Below are positions 44,101-53,181 of a stretch of 64,000 nucleotides of DNA, piece by piece (the stretch's first letter is position 1; every line of letters starts with the position of its first letter). The stretch covers positions 2,666,001 through 2,730,000 of the forward strand of contig OX337242.1 in NCBI GenBank assembly GCA_946965045.2. Reading direction: 5' to 3'. The DNA is from Epithemia pelagica. Taxonomy: Eukaryota > Protista > Bacillariophyta. The notes beneath the pieces are model-generated. The model did not search any database, was not told the origin of the DNA, and saw only the letters and a program-made list of their open reading frames with translations. Made by a program: the position numbers and the translations under genes.

Positions 44101-45321
44101 TACTGGGTCAGTGATAGGGCTTCCAGAGCGAAAGTCAGTGTTTATCCTCCATAGATCAAATTCTGCCTTGGTCAGATTCATCCAGGTTGCCTTGGAAGGT
44201 ATACCCTGAATGTCGATACTCGTTTGTCGGAACCAATGGGCAAGCAACTTGATCTGCTGGCTTGTATTGACATGAAGGTCGTGCATTTGTTTTCCTGACT
44301 TGTATTTTGTCATACTATCCACGTTCTTCTCAGGGTCAATCGCCCTATGTTCAATGATACTAAGGATATCATCAAAAGCATGATGGTGCATCCATTTCAC
44401 GAGTACATCGACCCTTTCCTTGGAAAAGTTGAACAACACCTGAGTAATATGATCAAAGACTTCTTGATTAGATATACTTTGATTGGGGTTGAACTCTGGT
44501 GTGGTCGGTGTAGTTGGTTCCATGATTGCTTGACTTGGTGATAAGATACGTTGATATGTGTCCTGTGATGTCTTAGTCGAAAACTTTAGTTATGTTTTGT
44601 CCCCCGGATGTGTGGTGTGCCTTGCCAACCCGGATGTGCCACGTATGTCCACGTGTGATGTGATGTCCGAAAGGTAACCCGGATGTGCGGAACTCGGTTT
44701 TGTCTCTGGGTTGGTGTGAAAACTACTTAAAATTAGTTAAACGTGGTCACTTCTGGGCTCGTTGCGGTAATCAAGTTGAATCGGAGACTCAGTAACAGAG
44801 GTAGCTTCTTCGTTGCCGTTGTGGTCCTCAACTAGGTGGTTCACTGGTTGGGTGAGTAGAGGGAAGATAGTGGCACGGAAGTCCTGGTGCAACTTGATAA
44901 CGTGGATGAAACCAACGTTGTCGTCGAGACGGGTAGTCAAGGTAGGAAGAGGTTGGTTAGTCTTGTTCACGACCCAAATGGTATGGAAGTAATTGACCGG
45001 ACGCTGGAAAGTAAGGAAGCGTATTGACCAGGAGTAGAGCATACATCCATGGGGATATTTTGCATGTGTTCATTGCTAACCGCAGACATTCATAGCTAGC
45101 AAAGTATAATAGATAGTTTCAGTCGTTAACCCTAACACTAGTCGTCCTGGTTTGGGAATACACTCCCACGCTATGCCATGAGTGGCTATGCTAAACTCGA
45201 AGTCTGAGTAGGTTGTCTACCTTTGGAATGATATCAGGATTCATTCTGGATCAATATAAGTAATTCGCATACATCATTTCTATGACTTACGATAGTTACT
45301 AAAATTATACTAATGATTACA
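38156..45321 (-). mobile_element. Ty1/Copia element of a second CoDi-type lineage (Copia-B); termini do not form a recognisable LTR pair
   Basis: Complete gag-pol domain set. Ends are TG..CA, flanked by ACCAAC/ACCAAG. No direct repeat is visible between the two terminal regions. Boundaries are inferred. Confidence 0.8.
38759..44523 (-). pseudogene. Copia-B gag-pol, disabled by a frameshift near 40995 and an in-frame TAA at 40298-40300
   Basis: Motifs LIDRGANGG (PR), VATDSIF/ISDGG/SEPYHQHQNKAE (INT), KARLVADGH, DIGNAYL, YVDDL (RT), YVDANL, GSEF, GDN, ADILSK (RH). Confidence 0.93.
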
Positions 45322-48300
45322 ACCAAGGATAGGGAATGACGAGTCGACCGGTGGAGAGTTCGGAATTTCGTCGACTTTCGGTGGAGGCAATGTTTCGAGA
45401 GGGAGTCTCCGATTCGAGCCCTGGTCCGGCTGGTGTCCCTTCACTCATGCTTTTATCGTTGTTGTTGTTAGAGTGGCTGGGAGTTTGTTGGGTGACAGAA
45501 GACGAGGGTGTCGCCATGGCAGTTGTATTGGTGGTGGGCGTTTGTGCGGGAGAGGGCATTATAAATTTGCGCAGATGGTGTTTAGGAGAGGGTGAGCGAG
45601 ATGGTCGTACTGAATTTTGAGCCGACGAAGAATGACGATTGGATGTTTTGGTTCCAACGCTGGCTGCATCGGCCTTACCCAACAAGCGAGCGAACCGTTT
45701 AGCTTGTGAAGTGGCTTGAGTCGACTGTTTGTAAAGAGCATATTGGACTTGTTTCGGCGTCCAGGGTTCGGGTTGGGCCATGATCTTTGCCTGGGCCGTC
45801 AATACAGCTTGAATGCACTGCATTTGGTAATCCATAATGGCGATCGACAATTGCCGTTCCAGGCCGCGCAAAGTTGTAGTGGTCGAGGCAACGGTCGTTT
45901 GAGTCTTGGTCGATGCGAGGGTCGTATTCTCCAAAGATGACGGCGCTACGGAGGATGATATGGATTTGTGACTGGAATTTGTAGGGGATCCAACCACACT
46001 GTTTGATCCACCGCCACCGGGACGACCATGAACAATGGTAAACAGAGGGTTACCATTTGTGGTCGTTAGGGTGGACGATGTAGCGGCCAGCGAGGTGGAG
46101 GCCATGGAAGAACCAAAGTCACCATCCGTACTGTTGCTATGATCTTGGAGTTCTTGTTGCTGCTGTGAAGGTGGCTGCTGCGTGTCATCTTCTGGATCAG
46201 TGGCCTCATAGCGGTAGTAGTATTGCAATGCCGCTTGAGGGGACTGTAAATCCCGAAACGAAAAAGATGCCGCGCCGCCGGCCGAGGTTGCACCATTACG
46301 AGGCGCACCGGAAGACGACGCGGCTGTCATCGTACGACGAGGTCCTTGATTCGAGAATCTGCGAACCGTTTCATCGGGATGAGCAAATCCATAGCAGAAA
46401 TGTAAGCAGGCAATGAGTTTCCGATCCTTGCGGAAGGCCACATCATCGGCCAGTCGTTGCGCTCGGATCCCCATGGATCGAATTTCTTTCTTCGTCCAAA
46501 AGCCTTGTTTCAGCTCGTGACTGCTCCAGGTGGTCAGAGTACGAACAAAGGTCACAGGGTCGTCATCAAATTGTACTCGTTTCGGTCCCTTGGTTGTGCG
46601 ATTGGCGACCAAACTGGAATCGTTCGATTGCTGCTGCTGAGCCAAGGCCGCATCAATATCTTCGCAATCTTGTGGATTGGAAGACCACGATGACGACGAG
46701 GAATTCAGACTGCTTCGGCGTCGTCCAAAAGCACGAAAGATGCCGCCACCCTCTTGGTGCTGTTTGGTGTTGCTTGGAGAACTGGGACAAGAACCGGGGC
46801 CTTGAGGAATAAGGACCATACTGTCGTTACTGTGTCTTCGGAGAATGGACTTGAGGGAATAATAACTGTTGTTGTTCGAGGAAGTGTTTCCACTATCCAC
46901 TTCTGGATCGTCCGCTCCTTGAGATTCGCCGTTTGGAATAGGAGCGGTGGAGGATCCTGTGCCTCGACGTCCTCGTCGCGGTCCGATGGATCGGCGGGTA
47001 GGAGAGCGATCGGCTTGCTCTTCATCATCCGAGGATGTTGCTCGTGGATCTTTTTGATTGCCATAGTATTTGGGGTTGCCATAGCCATAGTACTGATTGG
47101 CATTGTTGTTCCCATTGTGGTTGGAACTTGCACCCGTACTGCTCGCACTCGCCATGCTATCATTGCTTCGTCGTCGACGGAAAAAGCCTCCAATGCCACC
47201 GCCGCCGTTACTACCACTACTGGCATATCCACCACCACTGCTGTTGCTTCCCCGTCGTTGTCGGGGAGGCGAAATGGTTGTACTGCTGCTTTGATTGCTG
47301 GTACTGTTTCTGGATGCACCTCCTCTCCAACGGGTCAGTGGAGATTGAGATCGATCTTTGGCCTGTTGCTGCCTTCCCCATTTCGATCGTTGCGATGGCC
47401 CATCGACGGCTACAGCGGCCGCTGCCTGTGCCAGTTCCAATAATTCACTGCTGGAATACCTTGGACGCCCATCGGAATAATTGGCGTTGTGGTTGTTGTT
47501 GTCACCATTGTCTTCTTCTCCACTGGTCCAGCATCCCGATGCGTTGAGGCTGCTATTGTAGTTGTTGTGACTGCTCACACTGCTGTCATTACTGTTGCGA
47601 CGGTGTGGATAGGGATTGAGTCGTGTCGTTGTCGTAGTAGCGTTATTACTACCACCACCACCTCCGCTGCCGCGTCGACGATTGTCGATTGGACTGCAAT
47701 TGCGCTGTCGGCAACGAAAGGGCAACAGCGACCCACTCCGTGTCCGTGCTGGCGGTTCCGTGTCCTTGTCATCGATTCGACCTTTACTCGCCATGTTCTC
47801 TGGATCCAACAAGTCTCGGCTGGCATGAGATAATTCGGGCATGCTGCTATGGTTATTGACTGCCTTGTTGGTGTCCAAGGAAGATTTTGGGGTCGTGAGG
47901 TCTTTGGAACTGTCATCATCGTACAAAATGGCATAAAGTCTCGTCTCCTGTTCTTCGGCCATGGCTGCGGCATGGCCATAGGGACGATACCTCTCTTGTT
48001 GTCCTGCTGCTGCTGCTGCCTTGCTGGTTCCACTTGTCGTCGTCAAGGGCGGTGGTGGAGGTAGTTTCGCCTCAACCAGTGCCGAGGATGTGGTGGCAGT
48101 AGCCGTTGCGGTTCGATTGAGACTATTGCGTCGTCCACCGGCACGTCGTAAACCTCTCCATCCTCCACCCGCCGTTCGAGTACCGGCTGGACCATCTTCA
48201 TTTTCCGAAGACGAGAATCCCCCACCATGATGATTTTCCAAGGACAATATAGAGGCCATGAAAGAAGAAGACGAAGACGGTACTGCGGTTTGCTCTTCAT

Positions 48301-50950
48301 CGGAGGAAGCGACATTCTTGGGTTTGGAGGGTTTCTTGCTTCGGGTTGCTTTGGAAGATTTGCTTGGTTTGTTCCGTCGTCTTGTTTTGGTACCGCGCCC
48401 TCGTTCTTGTGGTTCGGTACTAGCGGATGACTCGGTCGTAGTATTCGCCGAAACGGATACGTGCTGCCGGGATGTCGCTTGTTTGCGAGAACTTTTACTG
48501 CCACCCCGACTTTTGCTGCGACTGCGGTGTTTGTTGCTGCTACGGCTTGGGGATAATAGTTCTGGAACTGATGTTTTGGTCGAATGGGGACTCTTGGAGG
48601 AGGATTTGGTACTCTGCAAGACCAAGAGAGCGTCCTGCGGCTGGTTATTGGACAGCATCTTGTTGGACGATTGGCGACGACCAGCACCCATTCGAGGCAA
48701 GGCTTGTTCCGATCTTGGTACTGCGGTTGGTCCAGCACTGGTTTGTTCTCGAATGACGAGCTTGTCATGATCTTCGTCATCGTCCTCCAAGTCCAATGGC
48801 ACATGTTCACTTTCCGTTTCATCTTCTTCCTCATAATCCTCGTCTTGAACTTGTTCGGGTTCATCCTGGTCACTGTCGGGAGATGAAGCGACGGGTGGTG
48901 CTGGTGGTCGAACTGTCGTGGTGGTGCTTGCCAAAAGGGCAGCTGGATGCACCAAGAGGGGTCGATGGGGAAAGGAAGATGATTCCTGACTGCCCATGCT
49001 TCCCTTTCGATGCTGTTGTTGTTGTGAAGCGAGAATGCGCGGTGCGTCTTGGGCCATAATGGCTTGTTGTTCCTGCAACAATTGCTGAATGTGTTGCTTC
49101 TTTTTCTTGTCGCGACTCTTTTTGGTAAAGCCCGAAAACAAGGACGATGATGTTGTGGAGGAAGAAGTAGTGGTGGCAGCATCACTCATGGATGCTCCAC
49201 CACCACTGGCCTTGGTGTGATTGCGTTCCTTTTTGCGAACCGTCGTAGTAGTACTGGACCGAGTCTGTTTTGGTTTGGAATGTTCGCCTTTATTGCCAGC
49301 AGCACCCTTGGAAGGAGAGGAAGACGAACCAACAGTCGTCGTCCTTTTGTTGTTCTTTTTGGGAGACTTGTTGCTGTTGTTGGAACCTGCCGTCTTGGAG
49401 GCAGCTTGTTTTTGTGGTGATGATGGTTTGGAAGTCCCTTGCTTTCCGGGCGACGACGAACTAACTTGGTTGTTAGTACTGTTTGGAGTCACGACGACCA
49501 ATCCTCGTTCCGAGGGTGTCTTGTGATTGTGGTTCCCACCCAATAACAAGCGTCGTTTCGAAGAACCCGTACTCGCCTTGTTTCCACCCGTCAAGGCCAA
49601 GAGCAAGGAACGTCCCGAAGTGGTGCGTTTCAAGCGTGAGGATGCTGATGCTGATGCCGTGGATGCGGCTGCTGGAGAAGCGGGAGAAGACTCTGGCAAC
49701 GACGGAGCAGGTTTGGGAGTACTTGTTGTTGTTTGGTGGGTGGATTTGATGGTGGTGGATGGAACAAAGGACTGCGGAGACGGCAAGGACGAACTACTCC
49801 GTTCGAACACGAGGTGAGCCGTAGCCGATGCAGGCAAGGCCGAAAGGGAGGCATTGTGATGCTGTTGTTGTTGAGTGTGTACCAGAGGTGCATCTTCCTC
49901 CTGGTCCTCCACACTCATAGTAGGAGGAGCATGGACAAAACCATGTCGTCGGCGGGCCCCACCACCACCACCACTGTGGGGCAACGGTTGCGACTGCTCT
50001 GGCTGTGATTTTGGAGTCCCCGGTTGTTTGGGCGAACGTTTGCTGCTGGTGCTAGTAGTTTTTTTATTGGACGTGGGTTGTTTTTTGGATTTGTGGTCCT
50101 TATTATGATTCCGGCCTCGTCGGTGATGTTTCTTGTTGTTGTGGGAATTGCTGGCAGTTTGTTGTTGTGATTGTGCTGGTTGCGGGCCTGCAGTAGATGA
50201 CAAGACACTGGCCGCTCCCGTCGAGGATCGTCGTCGTCCCAGAAAAAAACTAAGAACGGAAGGAATGGAACTCATGCTATCTTCCAAATTTGTAGTATTC
50301 GTTGGCAATAGCTGCTGTGGATTGGGAGTGTGGTTGGCATTAGGCGTTGTGGTGGTACTAGTAGTAGTAGCTGGAGGAGCCATTGTTGTGGGAGTTGTGG
50401 CCGTTCGAAGAGTCGAAGTCGTAGCTGGAGCAGCAGCCGCAGGATTGGTGGTAGTATAGCTGGTGGTAGTCTCAGTAGGTGCTGTAATAATGGTCGTGGG
50501 TGTCGTTGCTGCCACAATGACATTGTTGGGATGTTGCGTTCCATAATAATAATTGTAACTGTGCGTGGACGCATTGCTGCTGCGTCGAGGAGAACTGGGC
50601 GTGGGAGTGTCGGAGGGGTCGGTTGTATGGGTAGCCATGGTAGCAATCGCGGCAGTGGGAGTCGTTGTCAAGGAAACACTCGTGTTGCTCGAGAGACTAC
50701 TCGATCGATGATGTTGAGGATGTTGAGGATGATGATGATGATTGAGAGGAGAATGAAAAGAATCTCCAACAAGTCTCTGTGGTGGTTGTGAGGAACCGGG
50801 TTCTAGTAGTAGTAAATCGTCTTGTTGTGATTGTTGCAACAGAGAAGAAGACGACGACAAGAGTTCCGGAGGACTTGTTACTGCCGCCGCAGAGTAGGAC
50901 GACGACGAAGGTTCTTCCAAATGTTCACTGGTACTGGTGGTCGATGGCAA
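45317..50950 (-). CDS. Up to 1877-aa low-complexity protein with a C-terminal diatom-type KRVQF...W..KE...RGLE...AVL..Q...GKADA domain. Start uncertain (first in-frame ATG 50638)
   Basis: 5.6-kb open frame, S/T/Q/G-rich. The stop codon falls within the first bases of Copia-B. Confidence 0.82.
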   Translation of the reverse strand: MPSTTSTSEHLEEPSSSSYSAAAVTSPPELLSSSSSLLQQSQQDDLLLLEPGSSQPPQRLVGDSFHSPLNHHHHPQHPQHHRSSSLSSNTSVSLTTTPTAAIATMATHTTDPSDTPTPSSPRRSSNASTHSYNYYYGTQHPNNVIVAATTPTTIITAPTETTTSYTTTNPAAAAPATTSTLRTATTPTTMAPPATTTSTTTTPNANHTPNPQQLLPTNTTNLEDSMSSIPSVLSFFLGRRRSSTGAASVLSSTAGPQPAQSQQQTASNSHNNKKHHRRGRNHNKDHKSKKQPTSNKKTTSTSSKRSPKQPGTPKSQPEQSQPLPHSGGGGGARRRHGFVHAPPTMSVEDQEEDAPLVHTQQQQHHNASLSALPASATAHLVFERSSSSLPSPQSFVPSTTIKSTHQTTTSTPKPAPSLPESSPASPAAASTASASASSRLKRTTSGRSLLLALTGGNKASTGSSKRRLLLGGNHNHKTPSERGLVVVTPNSTNNQVSSSSPGKQGTSKPSSPQKQAASKTAGSNNSNKSPKKNNKRTTTVGSSSSPSKGAAGNKGEHSKPKQTRSSTTTTVRKKERNHTKASGGGASMSDAATTTSSSTTSSSLFSGFTKKSRDKKKKQHIQQLLQEQQAIMAQDAPRILASQQQQHRKGSMGSQESSSFPHRPLLVHPAALLASTTTTVRPPAPPVASSPDSDQDEPEQVQDEDYEEEDETESEHVPLDLEDDDEDHDKLVIREQTSAGPTAVPRSEQALPRMGAGRRQSSNKMLSNNQPQDALLVLQSTKSSSKSPHSTKTSVPELLSPSRSSNKHRSRSKSRGGSKSSRKQATSRQHVSVSANTTTESSASTEPQERGRGTKTRRRNKPSKSSKATRSKKPSKPKNVASSDEEQTAVPSSSSSFMASILSLENHHGGGFSSSENEDGPAGTRTAGGGWRGLRRAGGRRNSLNRTATATATTSSALVEAKLPPPPPLTTTSGTSKAAAAAGQQERYRPYGHAAAMAEEQETRLYAILYDDDSSKDLTTPKSSLDTNKAVNNHSSMPELSHASRDLLDPENMASKGRIDDKDTEPPARTRSGSLLPFRCRQRNCSPIDNRRRGSGGGGGSNNATTTTTRLNPYPHRRNSNDSSVSSHNNYNSSLNASGCWTSGEEDNGDNNNHNANYSDGRPRYSSSELLELAQAAAAVAVDGPSQRSKWGRQQQAKDRSQSPLTRWRGGASRNSTSNQSSSTTISPPRQRRGSNSSGGGYASSGSNGGGGIGGFFRRRRSNDSMASASSTGASSNHNGNNNANQYYGYGNPKYYGNQKDPRATSSDDEEQADRSPTRRSIGPRRGRRGTGSSTAPIPNGESQGADDPEVDSGNTSSNNNSYYSLKSILRRHSNDSMVLIPQGPGSCPSSPSNTKQHQEGGGIFRAFGRRRSSLNSSSSSWSSNPQDCEDIDAALAQQQQSNDSSLVANRTTKGPKRVQFDDDPVTFVRTLTTWSSHELKQGFWTKKEIRSMGIRAQRLADDVAFRKDRKLIACLHFCYGFAHPDETVRRFSNQGPRRTMTAASSSGAPRNGATSAGGAASFSFRDLQSPQAALQYYYRYEATDPEDDTQQPPSQQQQELQDHSNSTDGDFGSSMASTSLAATSSTLTTTNGNPLFTIVHGRPGGGGSNSVVGSPTNSSHKSISSSVAPSSLENTTLASTKTQTTVASTTTTLRGLERQLSIAIMDYQMQCIQAVLTAQAKIMAQPEPWTPKQVQYALYKQSTQATSQAKRFARLLGKADAASVGTKTSNRHSSSAQNSVRPSRSPSPKHHLRKFIMPSPAQTPTTNTTAMATPSSSVTQQTPSHSNNNNDKSMSEGTPAGPGLESETPSRNIASTESRRNSELSTGRLVIPYPWL

Positions 50951-51505
50951 TGGCGATGAGGAGACTCCCAGATTTCGTTTGCTGTGTGTCTTTTTGCGTT
51001 GCGGCGAGTGTTTCGTGTCTTGTGATTGTTGTTTGCTGGATTTTTCGCCACTACCATTCTACTCGATCCAGAACAAGAATTGGAATGGAACAAGTGCGGA
51101 GATTCAATCAATCGCAATCACTCAATAGCTGGATCGAAACAAGCACACACAGAGAAGAAGACAGCACAGGCAAATCCTTCCAAATTCTCTTGGTGCTGTT
51201 GTTGGTGCAGTGTTGGGCGTTGTGGTTGCTGCAGTTCTTCCCCCAGAAGGACGGGGAAACGATGTGTGGTTTGGTCGTGCTGTCACGCGCACCGTGTACT
51301 CGTAAGGTTAGTTTGGTTGGTCCTCTTCGCATTCGGGAAAGCGTTATATGACAGTGTGACATGGAACTGGTTGTAGCTTCCGGGGCAATTGTTGGTACTT
51401 ATGGAAAACGACAATGAGACAGATTCTAGTCGTGACTGGTTGGGTCGAGGCGAAATCATTCTATGCGGGAGTCAAGATCTGTGGCTAGGACATTCGAGCA
51501 TAACT

Positions 51506-51550
51506 ATGCTATGCTATGCTATGCTATGCAATGCTATGCTATGCTATGCA
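51506..51550. repeat. (ATGCT)n pentanucleotide microsatellite
   Basis: Direct reading; about 9 units with ATGCA variants. Confidence 0.9.
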
Positions 51551-51767
51551 TGTTGTGTGTTGTGTGCCTTGGGAAGCTAGCTCCATCGCGTGGAGGGCTA
51601 CCTGCTGGACTAGAGCTCTGTGAACTAGGAGTAACTCCATACCTGGAAGTTTCCCTTTTTTTGGTAGAATATCCGAAAATCTTGTTTTTTTACACGACTC
51701 AAACGATTTTTTCCAGTTTGAGTCGTGTTTGAATCAGATTCGTTTCTGTTTTATGGTTTACGTGGAA

Positions 51768-51912
51768 AATTCCGTGGTAGTATATTGGTAGAGTGACGGT
51801 AGAGTGCGACACTACCACGGTAGCGTCCGACACTACCACGGTAGCGTTCACTCTACCGTGGTAGAGTCACACACCACCATGGTAGCGTCGTGGTAGTGTC
51901 GCGGTAGCGTCG
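51768..51912. repeat. Left subterminal array of CTACC-NN-GGTAG / GGTAG motifs in Harb-2
   Basis: ACTACCACGGTAG x2, CTACCGTGGTAG and several GGTAG(T/C)GTC units. Confidence 0.85.
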
Positions 51913-52010
51913 CGATGAAGTGACAAAAGCACACTCAGCAATACGAGAACTACCATTGGATCATGTCAAACATGTAAGGCTATAGAATAGGAGAGTTATC
52001 CGGCTCAGGG

Positions 52011-52811
52011 CTACTTCTTCAAGCACTTGCGCTTGAGCTTTCCGCCATGAATTTTTTTGAGCTTGGCGCCCACAAACGAACTGAAGCGAGAATACGGAAA
52101 CTCTTGGTACTCCTCTCGGGAGTTGTAGAGCTCTAGGCGTTGCTGGCTCCCCATTTTTGGATTGTTGGTGTCCTCTATGAAGAATGGACTTTGCTCACTC
52201 CGCAAGTCCATATGGAGTAACTTTTGGGCATCATGCCCATCCCAACGCAAGAGACCTTTCGTCGTCGTCTTCTCAACAACATAATGCGCCCGGTCCTTCG
52301 AGATTGCGTCTCGATCAAACTCCGCCCTTGACTTCGAGCGACCAATGCGACGTTGAAGACGCCGGTAGTTCGCGGCAAAGTTCTTGGGACAAAAGGTATG
52401 GTAGATCCCATCGTGCATGTTGTACACGTCTTTCGGACGCATTGACGTCGTGATCTCTCCGCGGCTGATGGCTGCCGAGAGGATCTTCTTTTCATTGCTC
52501 GTCTTCCAATTTGTTTTGTATTTCTCGTTGGTCTCCTTGTCTCCAACTTCTTCATCATCATCGCTCTCATCTGTTACAGCCCCACCACCATTGGTCCCAC
52601 CGCCATCACCTCCTCCATCACCATTCGCCACACCACTGATGTGGTGTGATCCACTGCCATTTGCTCCACCACTAAACTCCATCTCACCTCGTTTGACTTC
52701 GTCAATCTCTCCAGCAGCGATCGTCTTCACTCTTGATTGTGTGTTCAACGTTGAAAAAATGGTGAGGCATCTTCCAACAATCGTTTTGGTGCGCGCCACA
52801 AAATTTTTCAA
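52011..52811 (-). CDS. Harb-2 accessory ORF-A: two copies of a helical W..S/D..L...G....P..VY....Y..F....F motif. Start uncertain (first ATG 52682)
   Basis: Open frame inside the TIRs; the motif aligns by eye with the N-terminus of the Harb-1 accessory protein. Confidence 0.72.
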   Translation of the reverse strand: MKNFVARTKTIVGRCLTIFSTLNTQSRVKTIAAGEIDEVKRGEMEFSGGANGSGSHHISGVANGDGGGDGGGTNGGGAVTDESDDDEEVGDKETNEKYKTNWKTSNEKKILSAAISRGEITTSMRPKDVYNMHDGIYHTFCPKNFAANYRRLQRRIGRSKSRAEFDRDAISKDRAHYVVEKTTTKGLLRWDGHDAQKLLHMDLRSEQSPFFIEDTNNPKMGSQQRLELYNSREEYQEFPYSRFSSFVGAKLKKIHGGKLKRKCLKK

Positions 52812-53026
52812 ATCGTATGTTGGTCCCCACGCGTGAACAAGACTAACTATATTGTAGGGACAATACTTTATTTAGCCGATGAATCATGACCATCTATACT
52901 TATGGATTATAGCTACTTAGGCTATTTGAGCGTGTGCCGAGTGCATCTCGTCACATTTTTCATGTTGACCTCTTCCCATTCAATTCCATTCCATGCAAAG
53001 AGACGAGGGTCTTCCTTCATTCCTTT

Positions 53027-53080
53027 CTTCCTTCCTTCCTTCCTTCCTTCCTTCCTTCCTTCCTTCCTTCCTTCCTTCCT
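53027..53080. repeat. (CTTC)n microsatellite between the divergent Harb-2 accessory genes
   Basis: Direct reading; about 13 units. Confidence 0.95.
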
Positions 53081-53181
53081 ACGAGTCTACCTGTCACCTG
53101 TCACACATGCCAACGCCGGCACTCCATCCAACAATCAACTTCCTCGCGTCCCTCACTTTCTACTACGGAGCAACGGGGAGG

